From Piromyces finnis finn (taxonomy: Eukaryota > Fungi > Neocallimastigomycota): 64,000 nt of DNA. The notes below the pieces were generated by a model, which was given only the letters and a program-made list of their open reading frames with translations, was not told where the DNA came from and searched no databases. Position 1 is the stretch's first letter; each line of letters starts with the position of its first letter. The stretch is from contig MCFH01000032.1 of the NCBI GenBank assembly GCA_002104945.1, forward strand, positions 248,001 to 312,000, written 5' to 3'. Shown here piece after piece: positions 58,760-64,000 of this stretch. The translations under genes and the position numbers were made by a program.

Positions 58760-61309
58760 TCTAATTTTCCTGGCTAATTAGTAACAATAAAATAATAAAC
58801 TAATATATATTTTCTTATAATACATAACTAGATGTATTATAATATATTTATTTTAAACTATATTCATTAATTATATATAAAAAATTATTTTAAACTATAT
58901 TTATTTTAAACTATATTCATTAATTATATAAAACTTGTAGAATGAGCAAGTAAAAATAAATCATTCAATTACACACAAATATACCACTTTCTAAGCTTAT
59001 TTAGAATTAAGGTATATTTGAACTTGTGTCAATGATGGAGAATTCCAAACTCGGCTACCTTGTAGCCTAATTCTAAGGAAGGAGGTAAGTATAATAAAAC
59101 TTTCAATTTCTTCAAAATTTCAACTTTTTATATCAATAAATAAAATATCATAGTAAATACATAATATATAGTATAGTTAAATAATATATAAAATAATGAG
59201 AATAAAAATATCATAAATTATAATATATAAAATAATAATAAAAATTATAATATATTATTAGTAATGTACAAAATAAATATTATAATAATAAAATAATAAA
59301 AATTAATATTTAAAATATAAAGTATACAAAAAAAAATATTATAATTAAAATAATAAGAAAATAGATTAAAAAAAAAAAAAGAAAAAAAAATGGTAAAGTT
59401 TTAATATATATTTTATATGATATTTCATTGATATTTTTATTTTTATTATGTTTATATTTTATTTTTTATATATTTTTTATTCTATTTTATTTTATTTTAT
59501 TTTATTTTATTTTATTTTATGAATTATTTAATTATTAAATACTATTCGAATTATTTATATATAACAAGTCTATATGTAGAATATTATATTATAAAATGTT
59601 CAGTCCATTAATAAAAACTCAGGTATTAACTACCAATTATAGAATGAATTGCTTTTACTAAAAGTGAATAAAAAGCTAAATAAAATGTGGATTAAATATA
59701 ACAAAATAATATCATATAGTGAATAAATATATAGAAGAATATATACCAATGATATATCCATGGAAGACATAACAAAAATAAGAAATATTAAAGCAAAAAG
59801 AAAAATGGATGATACTACCATTAAAGAAGATAAAGAAAATGTACGAAAATATGTAAAAAGAAAAAAGAAAAAATATATTTACTTGCTCAAGATTACATTA
59901 AATTATTTTAAATTATTTAAAATTTCATTTCTTTATTTTATAATATTCTTCTTTATTAACTTAAAGGGTTGAAGTTTCTTCTTAACGGCCGAGAAATTGA
60001 TAAAGAATGAAATTTATATATTATTAATCAATATAAAATCTGATTTTAAAAATTTTTGTAATAAATCTAATAATGAATTAAAATGGTAAATAATTAAAAT
60101 AATATAAAATATAAATATTTAATTGAATTTTTAAAATGTAAAATATAAACAATTTTTGTTTATAAACAAACTTAAATGTAATTAAATAATATAAATAGAA
60201 ATAAAAAATATTATTTTAAAAACTGTTACTAATTATCCAAGGAAAATTAGAATATTTTAATAATAAAATAATAAATTAATATATATATTTTTATATTACA
60301 TAACGAGATGTATTATATATTTATTAATAAAATTTAAAGATGTTTTTAAAATTTTAAATTATATTTATTAATTATATAAAACTTGTAGAATGAGCAAGTA
60401 AAAATAAATCATTCAAATACATACAAATATACCACTTTCTAAACCTATTTAGAATTAAGGTATATTTGAACTTGTGTCAATTGTCAAAAAGCGATTTTTT
60501 ATTAGAGAAAAGTATGGTAATCACACTTTTCTTGTTATTCATGAACAATTTTAATTATTGAATTTTTAATTTTAATTAATTATTGTTTAATTATAAATAT
60601 TTAATTTTTATAAATTAAATTATTAATTTAAAAATTTTCCATTATTATAAAATAAGGTTAGATAATTAATATTCTTGATTTCAACCATAATTAATTATAA
60701 AAATTGATAATTTCTCAAATAATTTTTGATTATTAACTTCAATCAAAACCAAACTAAAAAACCGTTTGATTAAAAATTATTTGTAATAATTATTAATTAA
60801 TCATGAGAATATATAATTAGTATAAGCAATTAGTATTCTCAATTTATGAAATTAAATATTTACAATTTAATATTTTTAAAACAATACTTTTTATTTAAAA
60901 GCAGTCCAAAGATTAATCTTAAAATCTATCGTATGAATTCATATCAATATCAATTATTAATATTTCAATTTAAAATTATTTTATTTTTGAAATTCTTTGT
61001 AATATTACTAATTATTAATTAGTATTTATTATAACTTATATAATTATAAAATTATTTAAATAAACATTATTCATTATTTACTATTAAGATTTATTATTAA
61101 TATTTATTTTAGTTCTTTGTTTATTTTTTATAATTTTATTTAGCTATTAAGAGGTAATAATTAACTTAACTTATATTATTAGTTATGTTAATTAATAATA
61201 AAATACCTTTTACTCATATATTATAAATAATAAATAAATTAAATATATGTTTGAAATATAATCAAACCATAAATAATTACTAGGATTTTATAAAAAGAAT
61301 ATCCCATAA

Positions 61310-62460
61310 AAAGGTAGACATACTAGATGGATTGAAGAATATAATAAATACAAAATTGAATTAAAATATGATAAAAGAAAGAAAAATGCTTTTGCTGATG
61401 TTCTTTCAAGATTACCTTCTAAAAATTCGGATGAAATAGTAAATTGTACTTATGTAATTTTATCTGATTTTATTCCAAATGATTTGGACCTGCTTGGAGG
61501 AATAATAAAATATTTTACAAAAAGTTATCAAGTTATAGATAACACTCTTTATTATAAAAAAGATATGTAATTTTATCTGATTTTATTCCAAATGATTTGG
61601 ACCTGCTTGGAGGAATAATAAAATATTTTACAAAAAGTTATCAAGTTATAGATAACACTCTTTATTATAAAAAAGATGATTTATATCTTAAAGATGAAGA
61701 TAAAAAAGATATTATTTGTCGTGCTTATTCTGTTAGTCATGAAGTTGCTGAAAGGACCACAGATAGAATATTAAAATCTTATTATTAGCCTGGTATTTGG
61801 AATGATGTAAGAATGTGGGTAAAGTCTTGTAGAAAATGTCAACTTTGTAGACCTTAACCTTTACCTATAAATACTGAAGATAATATAACACTAATTGAAT
61901 AACCATTTACTAGAGTCAGATTAGACATAGTTGGACCACTACCACTTATTAATCATGGAAATTTTTATATCATTACTCTTGTTGATTATTTCATAAAATG
62001 GGTTGACGCTAAAGCAATCCCAAATATGAAATCAGAAGAAGTAATAAAATTTTTAATAGAAGTAATAACAAGACATGGTCCACCAGAAATAATTGTTACT
62101 GATAATGGCAGTTCTATTATGTCCGATATTATTAAAATGATGATTGATCTATATGGATTATGGGCTCATTTTGTTTCTCCTCATCACCCACAATCTAATG
62201 GTATGATTGAGAATAGAAACAGAGAAATAGTAAAAACTTTAAGACTCTTAATTGAAAATGAGTCTGAATGGGATGAATATCTACCATCTGTATTATGGCT
62301 CTTAGAACTACAAAAATTCAAAAACTAAGTTTAGTAGTTTCGAACTTTTATATGGACGTAAAGACACTTGGTCATTAGAAATAATGTTTCCTGATATTTA
62401 TAAAGATCCCAATGAAACAGAAGAAGAATATATATTTAGAAGATTCTTATGGCATCAAAA
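61310..62460 (+). pseudogene. Decayed gypsy RNase H end and integrase
   Basis: WIEEYNKYKIELKY...NAFADVLSRLP, VRMWVKSCRKCQLC, LDIVGPLP, LVDYFIKW, IVTDNGS and HPQSNGMIE, with stops and frameshifts. Confidence 0.85.
61451..61676 (+). repeat. Perfect 113-bp tandem duplication
   Basis: 61451-61563 equals 61564-61676. Confidence 0.88.
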
Positions 62461-62869
62461 TTGGGTAAAACAAGCTACTGAATATTATAATCATGCTAAT
62501 CAATATTTGAACCTGTGTTAATTTTGTATAAGAAACTTTTTTACTAAAAACCTAAGTAAAACTAAAATAGAGTTTATTATAAAATATAATAAAAAAAAAT
62601 ACTTATATAATTTTAAATACCTAGGTATAAAGGGTTAAAAATGCTTTTTAAGAAATTTTTATTTTGAAAGTTGAAACACCTAGGTATTTAAAATTATATA
62701 ACTTTTTTATTGGATTCTAGTCTAGTTGGTGCTTCTTCAGGAAAAGACTAGAAGAAAAACCTGAATAATGATTAATTAAAAAACCAAATTGGTTTTGGAA
62801 AAATATTATTTAATTTACTTTTTAATATTAGTGACTTAATTAATTTATATATATATTAAAACTAATCTA

Positions 62870-64000
62870 TGTAAAGATATAAAGTATATCTTTAAATTAT
62901 TTAATAATTAATTAATAATTATTGAATAATAATTTTGATATTTTAATAAAAAAAAAATTGTTTATAAAATTTATTGTATAAATTTTATGGAATAATTAAA
63001 TAAAGATTAATTTTAAAATATCAAAGTTACAAATGAAATTTGGATAAATATTTAAATTAATGGATAATTAAATTTAAATATTTTAAATATTCAAATTAAA
63101 TCTTAAAAAGTTTTTATTTAATTAAAATTAGTTTAATAACTTTAGCGTAGTTTTAAATTAGCATTTTTAATTATAAATATATAATAAATAGTATTATTAA
63201 TATTTAATTAATATATAGGTAATAATACATGGACTGTATTCAATTTGCAGTTTACTCAAATTGAATCAAAAGTGTATTTAATTAGTTTTAGTTTAGTTTT
63301 ATTATTTTATTATTTAATTAAATTAGTATTAAATTAGTTTTGTTTATTTTATATTGAATATATGTATAATTAAATAGAATAGTATATTAAAATATAATTT
63401 ACAAAAAATATAAATGCATGTAAAATTTCTTGATTAAAACGATGTAATTGTTATTGACTATTATTTAGTTAATAACTAAATAAAATTAATAAAAGAGATA
63501 TTTTTAAATAGATTTTGTTTTTCTTGTTTCTTTTTATTTATTTCGTGTTTTATGTTTTATTGTAAAATTTTATAATCTGTTTTTTTATAAACTTTTACAA
63601 TAACAATTACCTTTGTTCTAATAAAACACGTTATAAAATTTTTTAATAAAACATATTTAATAAAATTTTTTTTAGCTACCGCGTTTAAAGGAATATCTAC
63701 CGTGTTTTCAAGGTTATCTACTGCGTATTAAGGATTATCTACCGTGTTTTCAAGGTTATCTACTGCGTATTAAGGATTATCTACCGTGTTTTCAAGGTTA
63801 TCTACTGCGTATTAAGGAATATCTACAGTGTTTTCAAGGTTACCTACCGCGTCTAAAGGAATATCTACCGCGTTTTCAAGAATATCTACCGTATATATAG
63901 GAAAATCTATCGCGTTTTGGAGTTTTATCGTACTTTCTGAGGATTTGTTAATCTAGTGCCTGTTACTCAAAGGTCTTCCAAATATTTATTATATTTAATT
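62870..64000 (+). mobile_element. 5' end of a second Gypsy-1-family element (LTR 62870-63599, PBS 63600-63610, leader)
   Basis: The LTR is followed by ATAACAATTACCTTTGTTC as at 22965. Truncated by the window edge. Confidence 0.88.
63676..63927 (+). repeat. 21-bp tandem array, 12 units, partly a 42-bp dimer
   Basis: Exact 21-bp phasing from 63676 to 63907. CTACCGTGTTTTCAAGGTTAT alternates with CTACTGCGTATTAAGGAWTAT. Confidence 0.9.

Overview
Very AT-rich, gene-poor eukaryotic DNA dominated by nested LTR retrotransposons. The composition and element types suggest an anaerobic gut fungus (Neocallimastigomycota); this is inference only. Four near-complete young elements are present: Copia-1 (2698-8534, -), Copia-2 (14644-19847, -), chromovirus Gypsy-1 (22238-29001, +) and chromovirus Gypsy-2 (31319-38846, +). 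A second Gypsy-1-family element starts at 62870 and runs off the window. There are also six solo LTRs with exact 5-bp TSDs, several decayed gag/pol remnants, three identical tRNA-Cys(GCA) genes and a decayed GT17-like glycosyltransferase gene. Main observations: (1) a 663-bp CRESS-DNA-virus Rep fragment is inserted between 16-bp direct repeats, and a matching empty site lies in the same window; (2) none of the four elements has a canonical TGG-type tRNA primer site. Both copias carry the same PBS, complementary to the anticodon arm of tRNA-Lys(CUU) (tRNA-half priming), and their LTRs do not end in CA. Both chromoviruses carry Tf1-type 11-nt self-priming sites with a matching TATA/start geometry. 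All coordinates were read by eye and no database searches were run.
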